Translations under genes and position numbers: made by a program
Assembly: GCF_002854065.1 (NCBI RefSeq)
Contig: NZ_CP024147.1
Source of the DNA: Escherichia coli
Lineage (GTDB): Bacteria > Pseudomonadota > Gammaproteobacteria > Enterobacterales > Enterobacteriaceae
Reading direction: 5' to 3' (one strand)
Length of the DNA: 64,000 nt
Notes under the pieces: generated by a model
The model's database searches: none
Seen by the model: only the letters and a program-made list of their open reading frames with translations
What the model was told of the DNA's origin: nothing
Shown here: positions 50,349 to 62,907 of the stretch, one piece after another
Layout: every line of letters starts with the position of its first letter
How positions within the stretch are numbered: the stretch's first letter is position 1

Positions 50349-52570
50349 AGCGTTGGCTCCCCCGGCGGCAGCGGTTCAGCCGGGGTCGCGCCCGGAGCAG
50401 GCAGCACCTGATAAGTCTGCACTGGCGCGCGAACGCCCGCCAGGTCGAAATGTTTTTTCACCTGGCTGTCGAGGGCAAAGCGTACCGTCCACTGTTTGAG
50501 CGGCAGCGTAGTGAACGAAACACGCAGTGTAAACGCGGTATTGCTTAAGCCGACAATCCCGGCAAAGTTCGGTTCACCAATAATCAGCCCACGAATTTCT
50601 TCGTTTTCCATTAATTCCGCTACCGCATCTTTCAGTGCCTGATTGGCTTTATCAGCATCTTCATGGCGATCAACATCGTAGTTTGCCACTACCGAACCAA
50701 TGCCGCGGACAAAGTTGGCAAAGGTGGTAATCGAAGACCACGGAATGATGTGGTACGCCCCGGTATCCTGGCGTACGCCCACGGAGCGAATCGACATCCG
50801 TTCCACAGTGCCGGTCAACGGCCCGATAGTCACCAAATCTCCAGTGTTCATGCCGTTTTCAAACTGAATAAATACCCCGGTGATAATATCTTTCACCAGC
50901 GTTTGCGAACCAAACGAGATAGCCAGACCTAATGCCCCGGCACCTGCCAGCAATGGCGCGATATTGACGCCGATTTCCGACAACACAATCATGATGGTGA
51001 TGGTACTGATAATCACCGCCAGCGCGTTACGAAACAGCGTAAGCAGGGTACGCGTGCGGGCGCTGGGTAGCGGGCGGCCATGAATATCCGAAGCCAGCCG
51101 GTTTTCGATCAAACTGGCGAGCACCGTCCAGCCAACCGCCGAGAAGAAAAGAATGAGTGCGATACGGATCAGGATATCTACGGTTTTCTGCCCCGCGCCG
51201 TTTTGCAGCCAGTTCCAGAAATCGAACAATCCCCATGCGCTCAACAGCAGCATTACCGCCACGCAGACGGTCAGAATACGCGCCGTTTTCAGCGCCGCCG
51301 AAAGCCAGCCATTCAGCCGTTTTTGCAACTCCGGATAGTTACGCTGAGTATGTGGCGAGAGAGTGATGGTTTTTGCCAGCCAGCGGGAAAACATACCGGA
51401 AACAAATGCTGCGATACCAATAATCGCCAGGCTGCGCACTGTTGCACCCATCATAAATTTCAGGCTGTTGCCCGGATCGAACAACGAAAAGAAAAACAGC
51501 ACGATAAAATAGGCGCTTGCCAGCCAGTGCCACACCAGCGCAAAGGCGCGGATAAACAGGCTGAAAAAGGCCAGCGAATGCTCCGCAAAGTTGAGCAAAT
51601 GCTGGGTAATCTCTTTTTTATTACGAAAGATCAGGTACAACGCCCAGACGGTCATGCACAGCATAATGATGACGTTCGCCAGCGCACCTATCTGTACATT
51701 CACCTGATTAGAGATAATCGGCACGGCCACAATCAGGCCATAACCTATCAAACTGCTTAACCAGCTCAGGCGACGACTCCAGTAACGGGCGCTCTCGTCC
51801 TGAATCGTGAACGGGCGCAGTTCCGCCACGTTTGGGCAAAAAATCAGGCGTAGTACGGCTTTGAAAAATTCAATCAGGGCAAAGGCGTTGAGAAACAAAC
51901 TTTGTTGGAAAGCGATGGTGCGACTGCCTGCATTCAGGTTGTCGCTTAATACCTGGCCGACAAATAATGTCAGGGCCAGTAACAGCAGGTCGATAATAAA
52001 CGCCCCGATAATCATCGCCGGAAGCTGCAACCAGTTACTGCGCTCACGATTTTTTTGCCGCGCCCACTGGCCCATTTTGCGATACAGCGGCAGTGCGCAC
52101 AGACGAATCAGCCAGTAAAAACCAAACACTAATACCGCTAACATTGAAAAATGGGTCAGCGCATTACTGAAGGTTTGTGGATTAAACGGCTTATGCGGGG
52201 AGCCGGTGATATTGCGATAAAGCTGCCCGAAGCGGGCGGAAAGGGCCTCACCATAATGGCGGCTGAATTCGGTGACCTTTTGCAGCACGGTTTGCTCTTC
52301 AACCAGCGTCGGCGGCACGATCTTCGGGACCGGTTCAGCAGGTGGCGTCGCGGCGACGGTGCGCAACTGGTCGATCAACTCTTTACGCGAGGTGTCATTA
52401 TCCAGCACATCCGCCAGTGCGCCATAGGCCGCTTTTTTTTGTTCGATATCCGGTTCCGGGGCCGGTTCAGTCGTTGAGTCCGTTGTCGTTGTGGTTGTAA
52501 CGCCGGGTATGGATACCGCGTGGGCAGGTGCGCCCAGCAGGCAGAAGAGGATGAACAGGATCCACCGCAT
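50345..52570 (-). CDS. ybiO: MscS-family mechanosensitive channel
   Basis: Start at [18 protein letters not shown] (741 aa); signal peptide then multiple TM segments. Confidence 0.9.
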
Positions 52571-52686
52571 GACTCCTCCAGTGAGAAAACAGAGCAAAAA
52601 GATAAGTATAGATGCTGGGGGAGGGGCGATTTTAAATGAGAGGAATCTGGTGTACCTCCCTTTCGGGTGAAAGGGAGGCTGAGAAG

Positions 52687-53409
52687 TTAAGAGACGTGTT
52701 GCAAAAATTCCTGCAAGCGCTGGCTCGGCGGATTTTTGATCAACACCTGCGGATCGCCATCTTCCGCAATCCGGCCTTTGTCGATAAAGATCAGGCGCGA
52801 AGCTACTTTCTCGGCAAAACCGATTTCGTGGGTCACGATCACCATCGTCATCCCTTCTTCAGCCAGATCTTGCATAACCTTCAGCACTTCATGGCGCAGT
52901 TCCGGGTCAAGAGCGGAAGTCGGTTCATCAAACAGCATCATTTTCGGCTTCACCGCCAGCGCGCGGGCAATCGCCACACGCTGCTGTTGACCACCAGAAA
53001 GTTCGGAAGGGTAGTGATGTGCACGTTCTGCCAGACCGACTTTCGCCAGCAGCTCACGCGCCAGTTTTTCCGCCTCTTCTTTGTTCGCGCCACGCACGCG
53101 TAGCGGGCCAAACATGACGTTTTCCAGCGCCGTCAGATGCGGGAAGAGGTAAAACTGCTGGAACACCATACCTGCTTCCTGGCGAATCAGGCGCTCGTCA
53201 ACTTTCGGATCGTTAACCTTCAGGCCATCGACAATCAGATCGCCGGAGGTGATTTCTTCCAGTTTGTTGATGCAGCGCAGCAGGGTCGATTTACCGGAAC
53301 CGGACGGCCCGATAATCACCACGACTTCGCCCTGGGCAATGTTCAAATCGATATTGTGCAGCACCTGGGTTGGGCCAAAGTGCTTGGAGACGTTTTTAAA
53401 TTCAATCAC
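52687..53409 (-). CDS. glnQ: Glutamine ABC transporter ATP-binding protein
   Basis: 240 aa; Walker [10 protein letters not shown], signature LSGGQQQR. Confidence 0.95.
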
Positions 53410-54065
53410 AGGATTTTCATCCTTCTTTCCAGACGACGCAGAATAAAGCTCAGCACCAGGGTAATAATCAGATAGAACACCGCCACGGCGCTCCAGATCT
53501 CAAGGGCGCGGAAGTTACCGGCAATAATTTCTTGCCCCTGACGGGTCAGTTCCGCCACGCCGATAACAATAAACAGCGAGGTGTCTTTAATGCTGATGAT
53601 CCACTGGTTACCCAGCGGCGGCAGCATACGACGCAGTGCCAGCGGTAAAATGACGTAGCGAATGGTTTCCCAACGTGAAAGACCGAGCGCCAGTCCTGCT
53701 TCACGAAAACCTTTGTGGATAGACAGCACCGCACCACGCGTGATTTCCGCAATGTACGCGCCGGAGTTGATCATGATGGTGACCACCGCCGCAGTAAATG
53801 GGTCGATGCGTAAGTCGTTAAACGCCATCGGCAGGGCGAAATAGATAAACATCACCTGGACGACGATAGGTGTGCCGCGGATCACTTCAATAAAGACCAG
53901 CGCGACGTGGTTGGCTATCCAACCACCGAAGGTGCGTGCAAAACCTGCCAGCAATCCGATTACCAGACCGCCAGCCAGACCGAGGACCGATATCCACAGG
54001 GTCATTTTGGCACCTTCAATCAGAAGCGGAATGGCAGGCCAGATAGCACTCCAGTCAAACTGCAT
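53406..54065 (-). CDS. glnP: Glutamine ABC transporter permease
   Basis: 219 aa; overlaps glnQ start. Confidence 0.95.
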
Positions 54066-54117
54066 ATGTTGTTCCTGTTACCGTGGTGTAAATAATCAAA
54101 TTCAGGGTAATTAATGG

Positions 54118-54185
54118 CCCCGGAGCGGGTTTGCGCCCCTCACCCTAATCCTCTCCCCAGAGGGGAGAGGGAACTGCCAGTGCGC
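54118..54185. repeat. GC-rich palindromic intergenic element between glnH and glnP
   Basis: CTCTCCCCAGAGGGGAGAG perfect palindrome within GC-rich context. Confidence 0.6.
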
Positions 54186-54203
54186 TTTACAGGTGTAGCG
54201 TTA

Positions 54204-54965
<762 letters not shown>

Positions 54966-54999
54966 CTATCCACGGGACGATCCCCTGCGTGACATTCAC

Positions 55000-55020
55000 A
55001 TATATGAAAAAATCGTGCCA
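55000..55020 (-). promoter_or_regulatory. sigma54-type promoter (glnHp2-like)
   Basis: Minus-strand TGGCAC-N5-TTTCA upstream of glnH. Confidence 0.55.
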
Positions 55021-55093
55021 GTTTTGCAACTCATTGATTTTTCGAGATGCGGCAAAAACGTGATGCACGATTTATAGGGCAATACCCTGAAGA

Positions 55094-55137
55094 TGCACCA
55101 TTCTGGGGCACCAAACTGGTGCGCTAAAAATGTGCAC
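55094..55137. promoter_or_regulatory. NtrC (NRI) enhancer sites
   Basis: TGCACCATTCTGGGGCACC and TGGTGCGCTAAAAATGTGCA, matching TGCACC-N5-GGTGCA half-site pattern. Confidence 0.65.
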
Positions 55138-55353
55138 TCAATACAGTGATTATTTAGCGTAAAACCTGATGAAAAAACAATCTTTATGTAACGATTGTGT
55201 GATGATGTGGATACAAAAAATTTACTTAATCAGCTGGGGATAGCAGATGGATGCACTAAATAAGTGCGTTGAGGCGGGCTGCAAAACAAAACGGCCTCCT
55301 GTCAGGAAGCCGCTTTTACCGTGTACTAAAGTTCTGCACCATCAGCGATGGAT

Positions 55354-56001
<648 letters not shown>

Positions 56002-56117
56002 TTAGATATATTGATAAGAACAATTCTTATTTATTTACTCGCCAGGAATTTTCGGAATAAATATGCTTTTGCATAATTCGATATATAAAGACGGTGTAGA
56101 GGAAAAGTAGCGAGAAA

Positions 56118-56147
56118 TTCTGCATGGTTATGCATAACCATGCAGAA
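56118..56147. terminator. 30-bp perfect palindrome downstream of rhtA (terminator or operator)
   Basis: TTCTGCATGGTTATG|CATAACCATGCAGAA; minus-strand T-rich tract follows. Confidence 0.5.
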
Positions 56148-56155
56148 ATGTAAAT

Positions 56156-57043
56156 TTAATTAATGTCTAATTCTTTTATTTTGCTCTCTTTGCGTACTGT
56201 CAGCGTAGAACCCATTGAAGCGGCGATAATTGCGCCGAGCGCCAGCAGCTGTATGGGTGTCAGTGTTTCTCCGAGGAAAATCATCCCGGAAACGGCAGCC
56301 AGCGCCGGTTCCATGCTCATCAGCGTACCAAATGTCCGTGTTGGCAAACGGGTGAGGGCAATCATTTCCAGCGAATAAGGCAGAGCGGTCGAGAGAATAG
56401 CGACCGCCAGACCCAATGGAATAACCGACCAGTGCCAGAGTGCTTCACCAGCCTGAAGCGCTCCAATTGGCACGAAAATTAACGCTGCAATCAACGAACC
56501 AATTGCCACCGTCGCAGGGCCATGTTCCGCTCCTGCGCGTTGCCCACTTAAAATGTAAATAGCCCAACAAGCCCCGGCCCCCAGTGCCAGCGCACAGCCG
56601 GTTAAATCGACATGGGAAACGTCTTGCCCCAGCGGTAGCAGGAACCACAGACCAAGAACCGCCAGCACAACCCAGACGAAATCTACCGGGCGACGAGAAG
56701 AGAACAGCGCCACCGCCAGTGGTCCGGTGAACTCCAGCGCCACCGCAATACCCAGCGGTACCGTCTGAATAGAGAGATAAAAAAGATAATTCATCCCACC
56801 CAGCGAAACGCCGTAAAACAACAGCGGTAACCGTTGCTCTTTGGCAAAGCGCAGTCGCCATGGCTTAAAGAACGCGATGAGGATCAGCGTTCCTAATGCC
56901 AGGCGCAGTGCAGTGACACCCGGTGCGCCCACCAGAGGAAAAAGTGACTTAGCTAACGAGGCTCCACCCTGAATAGACGCCATGGCAACGAGCAATATGA
57001 CTATTGGTAACCAGACCGGCATTTTACGTAATGAACCAGGCAT
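56156..57043 (-). CDS. rhtA: Threonine/homoserine exporter (DMT family)
   Basis: Start at MPGSLRKMPVWLPIV (295 aa); 10-TM pattern. Confidence 0.9.
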   Translation of the reverse strand: MPGSLRKMPVWLPIVILLVAMASIQGGASLAKSLFPLVGAPGVTALRLALGTLILIAFFKPWRLRFAKEQRLPLLFYGVSLGGMNYLFYLSIQTVPLGIAVALEFTGPLAVALFSSRRPVDFVWVVLAVLGLWFLLPLGQDVSHVDLTGCALALGAGACWAIYILSGQRAGAEHGPATVAIGSLIAALIFVPIGALQAGEALWHWSVIPLGLAVAILSTALPYSLEMIALTRLPTRTFGTLMSMEPALAAVSGMIFLGETLTPIQLLALGAIIAASMGSTLTVRKESKIKELDIN

Positions 57044-57395
57044 CCTTTCTCCCACAAATATCTAGACTTAAGTAAAGCGTGGAGTGTACTGGATATACCC
57101 AATGCTGGTTGAGCATTTGTTGAAAAAATTTTCCCCCGTTTTGACTAAAATGCGCCAGGATTGATGGAATCATTAGTCTGGTGATTAGGAATAATCTGGA
57201 TGAATGACAGGGAAAACATGCGTAATACTTACGCAGTTCTCTGAAAAAGTGATTTAAATTTAGATGGATAGCGGTGTATGGAAACGTTCTGTTACATGAA
57301 ATGGCCCGTTAGACATCACAAATCGCGAAGAGTTTCCCATTAATTTTTGATATATTTAAAACTTAGGACTTATTTGAATCACATTTGAGGTGGTT

Positions 57396-57911
57396 ATGAA
57401 AAAAATTGCATGTCTTTCAGCACTGGCCGCAGTTCTGGCTTTCACCGCAGGTACTTCCGTAGCTGCGACTTCTACCGTAACTGGCGGTTACGCACAGAGC
57501 GACGCTCAGGGCCAAATGAACAAAATGGGCGGTTTCAACCTGAAATACCGCTATGAAGAAGACAACAGCCCGCTGGGTGTGATCGGTTCTTTCACTTACA
57601 CCGAGAAAAGCCGTACTGCAAGCTCTGGTGACTACAACAAAAACCAGTACTACGGCATCACTGCTGGTCCGGCTTACCGCATTAACGACTGGGCAAGCAT
57701 CTACGGTGTAGTGGGTGTGGGTTATGGTAAATTCCAGACCACTGAATACCCGACCTACAAACACGACACTAGCGACTACGGTTTCTCCTACGGTGCTGGT
57801 CTGCAGTTCAACCCGATGGAAAACGTTGCTCTGGACTTCTCTTACGAGCAGAGCCGTATTCGTAGCGTTGACGTAGGCACCTGGATTGCCGGTGTTGGTT
57901 ACCGCTTCTAA
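57396..57911 (+). CDS. ompX: Outer membrane protein X
   Basis: Start at MKKIACLSALAAVLAFTAGTSVA (171 aa); ends ...GYRF. Confidence 0.95.
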   Translation: MKKIACLSALAAVLAFTAGTSVAATSTVTGGYAQSDAQGQMNKMGGFNLKYRYEEDNSPLGVIGSFTYTEKSRTASSGDYNKNQYYGITAGPAYRINDWASIYGVVGVGYGKFQTTEYPTYKHDTSDYGFSYGAGLQFNPMENVALDFSYEQSRIRSVDVGTWIAGVGYRF

Positions 57912-57925
57912 TCGCTTTGGTGATA

Positions 57926-57960
57926 TAAAAAATCCGCCTCTCGGGGCGGATTTTTTGTTT
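57926..57960. terminator. Bidirectional terminator between ompX and opgE
   Basis: AAAAAATCCGCC...GGCGGATTTTTTGTTTT. Confidence 0.8.
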
Positions 57961-59543
57961 TAAGGTTTCGGGTCGAAAATATCGGTTCCGAGATGGTTAT
58001 AATCCACCTTCTGTAACTGGAAGTTGGTGATGTATATTGGCCCGGCTTTCTTCTCAGATATAAACGGGTATTTGATGTTAATTTCCTTCGCTTTAATTCC
58101 CGTCCACTGCGAGAAAAAGCCTAAGAAGTCATTGGCTGAGCGGCGGGCTTTAATCACCCGATGCGCTTTATCGTCGCTGGAAATGACCATAAAAGGCACC
58201 TGGAAATTTTGCTGATACTTATCATCATGGGCAAGGTATTGCACGTCTTTGCCGCGCTCTTTAAAGGCCAGACCGTGGTCAGAAAAGTAAACCAGCGAGA
58301 AGCTGCTGCCGCTGTTGCGTAACTGATCGTACAGCTTGCGCAGTAAATCGTCCGTTTGCGTCATAGTATAGAGATAGCACGACGTTTCTTTCGATTGTAC
58401 AAAGGTTTCATATTTGCCTTGTGTCCGGTCGCAGGCCTGCGGATGCGAGCCCATCAGATGCAGAACAATCAGCTGCGGTTGCGAGTGCTCTTGCGCCAGC
58501 ACTTGAGCGGTCATATCCAGTAACGCTTCGTCTTTCGTGTTTTTATCTGCTTCAAAATTACCTTCTTTCAGGAAGTACACTTCATCTGCTCGTTTGGCGA
58601 TGCTGGCGATAGCGGTATCGTATTCGCCGATTTGACCCTGGTTGGAAAACCACCAGGTCTGGAAGCCCGCGCGATTTGCCAGGGTGACAAAGTTATCCTG
58701 AAACTGTGGCTTGCCATCGACAACGCGATTGAGCGTTAAGCCAAGCGATTTCTGCGTGGAGCCACTGGCGGCAATGTAGTCAGCAAATATCAAACCGTTA
58801 ACGCTGCTGGCAAACGGGGTATTGTCCCAGTGACCGCCAAAGGCACCGAGGGCATCGCGACGCGCGCTTTCACCGATCACCACCACATAGGTCTGATACT
58901 TCGGCTTAACGGCAGTGACCGTCCAGGTATCTTTCATTCCGGAAAGTTTTGCCATCCGTTCTTGCTCTTCAATCACCTCGTTATTATTGACGATGACATC
59001 CTTAGCAAAACGAAATACCGGATAGCCAGTATCTTTCAGTTTAAATACGCCACCCCAGGCCAGGTTTTGCACGGGAGCAACAAAAAATGTCGCCACACTG
59101 AATACCAGACACAGGCTGTCGAAGGTATTCCAGCGCGCTTTTTCATTCTCTTTTTTTCGCCTGATTGCTATTACGCCGAGCGCAAAAATAAATAAGCCGA
59201 CCAGGTAGCTGTACCACGGAAAAATCGTCAGGATTTCGGTCGACTCTTCCATATTGGTGGAGTGCAATGCCAGCAATGTATTGAAATTAGGCGCGCCGTA
59301 GGCCTGAGCAAAAGGGAAATAACAAGCCGCCACCAGCGAACTGACACCGACCAGAACTTTTTGTACGCGAGGCAATGTTCGCCATAGCAAAAGCAAAATA
59401 GCCGTAAACGCAGCGGTGTAGAGCAAACTGAAGGGGTAACCTAAGCCGAGGTTAATTAATAGCGACTGTAAAAAGTAGAACGCAGTCCACGGGCTAAATA
59501 CCCGGCTACGGGTAACAAGCGATTCTTTGAGGGTTAAATTCAT
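57960..59543 (-). CDS. opgE: Phosphoethanolamine transferase for osmoregulated periplasmic glucans
   Basis: 527 aa; N-terminal TM region plus sulfatase-like domain. Confidence 0.9.
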   Translation of the reverse strand: MNLTLKESLVTRSRVFSPWTAFYFLQSLLINLGLGYPFSLLYTAAFTAILLLLWRTLPRVQKVLVGVSSLVAACYFPFAQAYGAPNFNTLLALHSTNMEESTEILTIFPWYSYLVGLFIFALGVIAIRRKKENEKARWNTFDSLCLVFSVATFFVAPVQNLAWGGVFKLKDTGYPVFRFAKDVIVNNNEVIEEQERMAKLSGMKDTWTVTAVKPKYQTYVVVIGESARRDALGAFGGHWDNTPFASSVNGLIFADYIAASGSTQKSLGLTLNRVVDGKPQFQDNFVTLANRAGFQTWWFSNQGQIGEYDTAIASIAKRADEVYFLKEGNFEADKNTKDEALLDMTAQVLAQEHSQPQLIVLHLMGSHPQACDRTQGKYETFVQSKETSCYLYTMTQTDDLLRKLYDQLRNSGSSFSLVYFSDHGLAFKERGKDVQYLAHDDKYQQNFQVPFMVISSDDKAHRVIKARRSANDFLGFFSQWTGIKAKEINIKYPFISEKKAGPIYITNFQLQKVDYNHLGTDIFDPKP

Positions 59544-59814
59544 ATGCCACTATCGTAACAAACGCCATGTGCTTACCCTGGCGTCAAGGGTCAATACCTG
59601 CAAGAGTGCGTGAAGAGGGGAAAGGGGTCCGCATCCGCGAGCCGCAATATACGCAGGGCTGCAAGAAGATAGAGCGAGCCGCCGTTCAGGTCAACTACTG
59701 ACGAACAAATCTTTTGCGAAGGGGATTGCAAATCCGACAAAAAGTGGGGTTTTTCAGACCAAAACGCGTTATGCCTGCATGAAAGCAGGAGGGAAGCGGC
59801 GTACCGCGACGCCG

Positions 59815-59943
59815 CTATTTATCGGAAGGTTTATCTTGCTGCGGTTTGTTGTTGACCATATCGCACAACATAGAGAGCAGCATTAACCGTACTTTAAAGG
59901 GAGAATGACTAAACACGCGCATACACCTCTTGAACTCATTCAT
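59815..59943 (-). CDS. mntS: Small protein MntS (42 aa)
   Basis: Minus-strand translation MNEFKRCMRVFSHSPFKVRLMLLSMLCDMVNNKPQQDKPSDK*; below the ORF-track size cutoff. Confidence 0.8.
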   Translation of the reverse strand: MNEFKRCMRVFSHSPFKVRLMLLSMLCDMVNNKPQQDKPSDK

Positions 59944-60002
59944 AAGACCTCCTGACTTGCTAATCCCGTCGATCCTTGAGGGATGATTGCATTACATACA
60001 GA

Positions 60003-60037
60003 TATAGCACAGGCTATATTATTTAGCTATTGCTAAA
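60003..60037. promoter_or_regulatory. Two MntR operator palindromes in mntS promoter
   Basis: ATATAGCACAGGCTATAT and TTTAGCTATTGCTAAA upstream of mntS. Confidence 0.65.
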
Positions 60038-60128
60038 ACGTTAATTTTTTGTACCTTCGCAACTCTGGTTTACAATGTGCGCACGAAATGAGAACGCTAT
60101 GTATGCGTCACCATAATGAGGAAGCACA

Positions 60129-60596
60129 ATGAGTCGTCGCGCAGGTACGCCAACAGCAAAAAAAGTGACGCAGTTAGTGAACGTGGAAGAGCACGTTGAA
60201 GGGTTCCGCCAGGTCAGAGAGGCGCATCGGCGCGAGCTTATTGATGATTACGTTGAGCTGATTTCTGACTTGATCAGGGAAGTGGGGGAAGCTCGTCAGG
60301 TAGACATGGCTGCTCGTTTGGGAGTTTCGCAACCGACGGTGGCTAAAATGCTTAAGCGACTGGCAACTATGGGGCTGATTGAAATGATCCCCTGGCGTGG
60401 CGTGTTTTTAACGGCAGAAGGAGAGAAGCTGGCGCAGGAAAGCCGCGAGCGACATCAGATAGTCGAAAATTTCTTGTTGGTGTTGGGCGTCAGTCCGGAA
60501 ATCGCCCGTCGCGACGCGGAAGGCATGGAGCACCATGTTAGTGAAGAGACGCTCGACGCTTTTCGTTTGTTTACCCAGAAACACGGTGCCAAATGA
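60129..60596 (+). CDS. mntR: Mn(II)-responsive transcriptional regulator (DtxR family)
   Basis: 155 aa; recognised MntR. Confidence 0.93.
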
Positions 60597-61711
60597 GCCT
60601 GCCTTTTTTACGCACGCTGCAAGGCGATCGTTTTTTTCAGTTATTAATTCTTGTTGGTATCGGATTAAGTTTTTTCGTTCCCTTTGCACCGAAATCCTGG
60701 CCTGCTGCTATCGACTGGCACACCATCATCACCTTAAGCGGCCTGATGCTGCTGACCAAAGGTGTGGAGTTAAGCGGTTATTTTGATGTGCTGGGGCGCA
60801 AAATGGTGCGCCGCTTTGCTACGGAGCGTCGGCTGGCGATGTTTATGGTGCTGGCGGCGGCGCTGCTTTCTACCTTTCTGACCAACGATGTCGCGCTGTT
60901 TATTGTTGTTCCGCTGACTATCACGCTAAAAAGACTGTGTGAGATCCCGGTTAATCGGCTGATTATTTTTGAGGCGCTGGCAGTCAATGCTGGTTCGCTA
61001 CTGACGCCAATTGGCAACCCGCAAAATATTCTTATCTGGGGACGTTCTGGTCTTTCGTTTGCCGGATTTATTGCCCAAATGGCACCGCTGGCTGGTGCAA
61101 TGATGCTGACACTCCTGCTGTTGTGCTGGTGTTGTTTCCCTGGAAAGGCGCTGCAATACCATACGGGGGTGCAAACGCCGGAGTGGAAACCGCGGCTGGT
61201 GTGGAGTTGTCTGGGACTGTATATCGTCTTTCTGACGGCGCTGGAGTTAAAACAAGAGCTGTGGGGACTGGTGATTGTGGCGGTGGGCTTTGCGCTGCTG
61301 GCACGTCGCGTGGTGTTGAGTGTGGACTGGACGCTGCTGCTGGTGTTTATGGCGATGTTTATCGACGTCCATTTACTGACCCAGCTTCCAGCGTTGCAAG
61401 GCGTGTTGGGTAACGTGAGTCATTTATCTGAACCCGGATTATGGTTAACGGCAATCGGTTTATCGCAGGTGATCAGTAACGTGCCGAGTACCATATTGTT
61501 GCTGAACTATGTGCCGCCGTCTTTATTACTGGCATGGGCGGTAAACGTAGGTGGCTTTGGGTTATTACCCGGATCGCTGGCAAATTTGATTGCGCTACGT
61601 ATGGCGAACGATCGCCGCATCTGGTGGCGTTTCCATCTCTATTCAATACCGATGCTGTTGTGGGCGGCGCTGGTGGGATATGTTTTGTTGGTTATGATCC
61701 CGGCCTGGTAA
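60593..61711 (+). CDS. ybiR: Putative anion permease (ArsB/NhaD superfamily)
   Basis: 372 aa polytopic membrane protein; overlaps mntR stop. Confidence 0.88.
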
Positions 61712-61723
61712 GGTCTGGCAAAT

Positions 61724-61756
61724 AAAAAAGGCGGATTATGAGTCCGCCTTTGTTTT
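61724..61756. terminator. Bidirectional terminator between ybiR and ldtB
   Basis: AAAAAAGGCGGA...TCCGCCTTTGTTTT. Confidence 0.8.
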
Positions 61757-61768
61757 ACGTTTTGACGA

Positions 61769-62689
61769 TTAATTCAGACGAACCGGCATCCCGGAACGAT
61801 TTTTGATCGCTTCATCAAGAACAACCTGGTCAACATCTGGCTGACCGGTCACTGTCTGCACGCTCTTCGTCAGGGTAATTGGCACAATTTCCTGACCTTC
61901 AAACTGGGCTTCGGTGGTAGACAGCGGATTATGGACTTCAATATAACGGCTGCCGTCTGGCTCGGTGGTCGCTTTTACCGGCTCATCAATAAACTGTACG
62001 CGGGTACCGACCGGTACTTTCTCGAACAGGAATTTGATGTCTTCGTTACGCAGACGCACACAACCATGACTTACACGCAGACCGATACCGAAGTTGGCGT
62101 TGGTGCCATGGATAGCATACAGGCGACCGATGTAGAGTGCATACAGCCCCATCGGGTTATCCGGACCTGCCGGAACGACAGCCGGAAGCGGTTCGCCCGC
62201 AGCGCGGTACTCTGCGTGCATTTTGGCGGTCGGCGTCCAGGTCGGGCCTGCTTTCTTACGCTCAACTTTGGTGGTCCAGTTGATAGGCGTATCTTTGCCT
62301 AACTGACCAATGCCGATCGGCAGCACGATAACGGTGTTGGTCCCTTTCGGATAGTAATACAGACGCATCTCTGCACTGTTAATGACGATGCCTTCATGAA
62401 CGGTATCCGGCAGGATCAGCTGCTGCGGAATGTTCAGTACAGTACCGCCTTTCGGCAGGAAGGTATCCACACCCGGGTTCGCTTCCATCATATTGGAAAG
62501 CCCCATCTGGTACTCCGCGGCAAAATACTCCAGCGGCTGAGTGTTACCTTCAGGAATGGTGATCACCTGATTCTGACCAACCAGGCGACTCCCGTCGGTT
62601 GGCAGAGGATAAGTTACCGCAGAGGCGGTACTGCAAAAGCCGACAACAGCGAAGGCCGCTGCGAATAATGTTTTCAATTTCATATTCAT
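61769..62689 (-). CDS. ldtB: L,D-transpeptidase (YkuD domain)
   Basis: 306 aa; signal peptide; catalytic SHGCVR motif. Confidence 0.92.
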
Positions 62690-62907
62690 GTTAAGCGAGA
62701 TTTTGTGCCTGGCAGGCCATTGGGTTGAGAATATTAGAGTATTGGAAGCGCATTATAAGTTCATTCCAGCTCACAGTGAAATCAGATGTGTACGAAATCA
62801 CATTTTTTGCCTTTGGCTTGAGTGTAGACCTTAAGCGAGGAGCAGGATCTTCTTTCAGACTTATGGCATAATGCGCGGTTTGTCATATCTCTTTTCAGGA
62901 TACGCCT

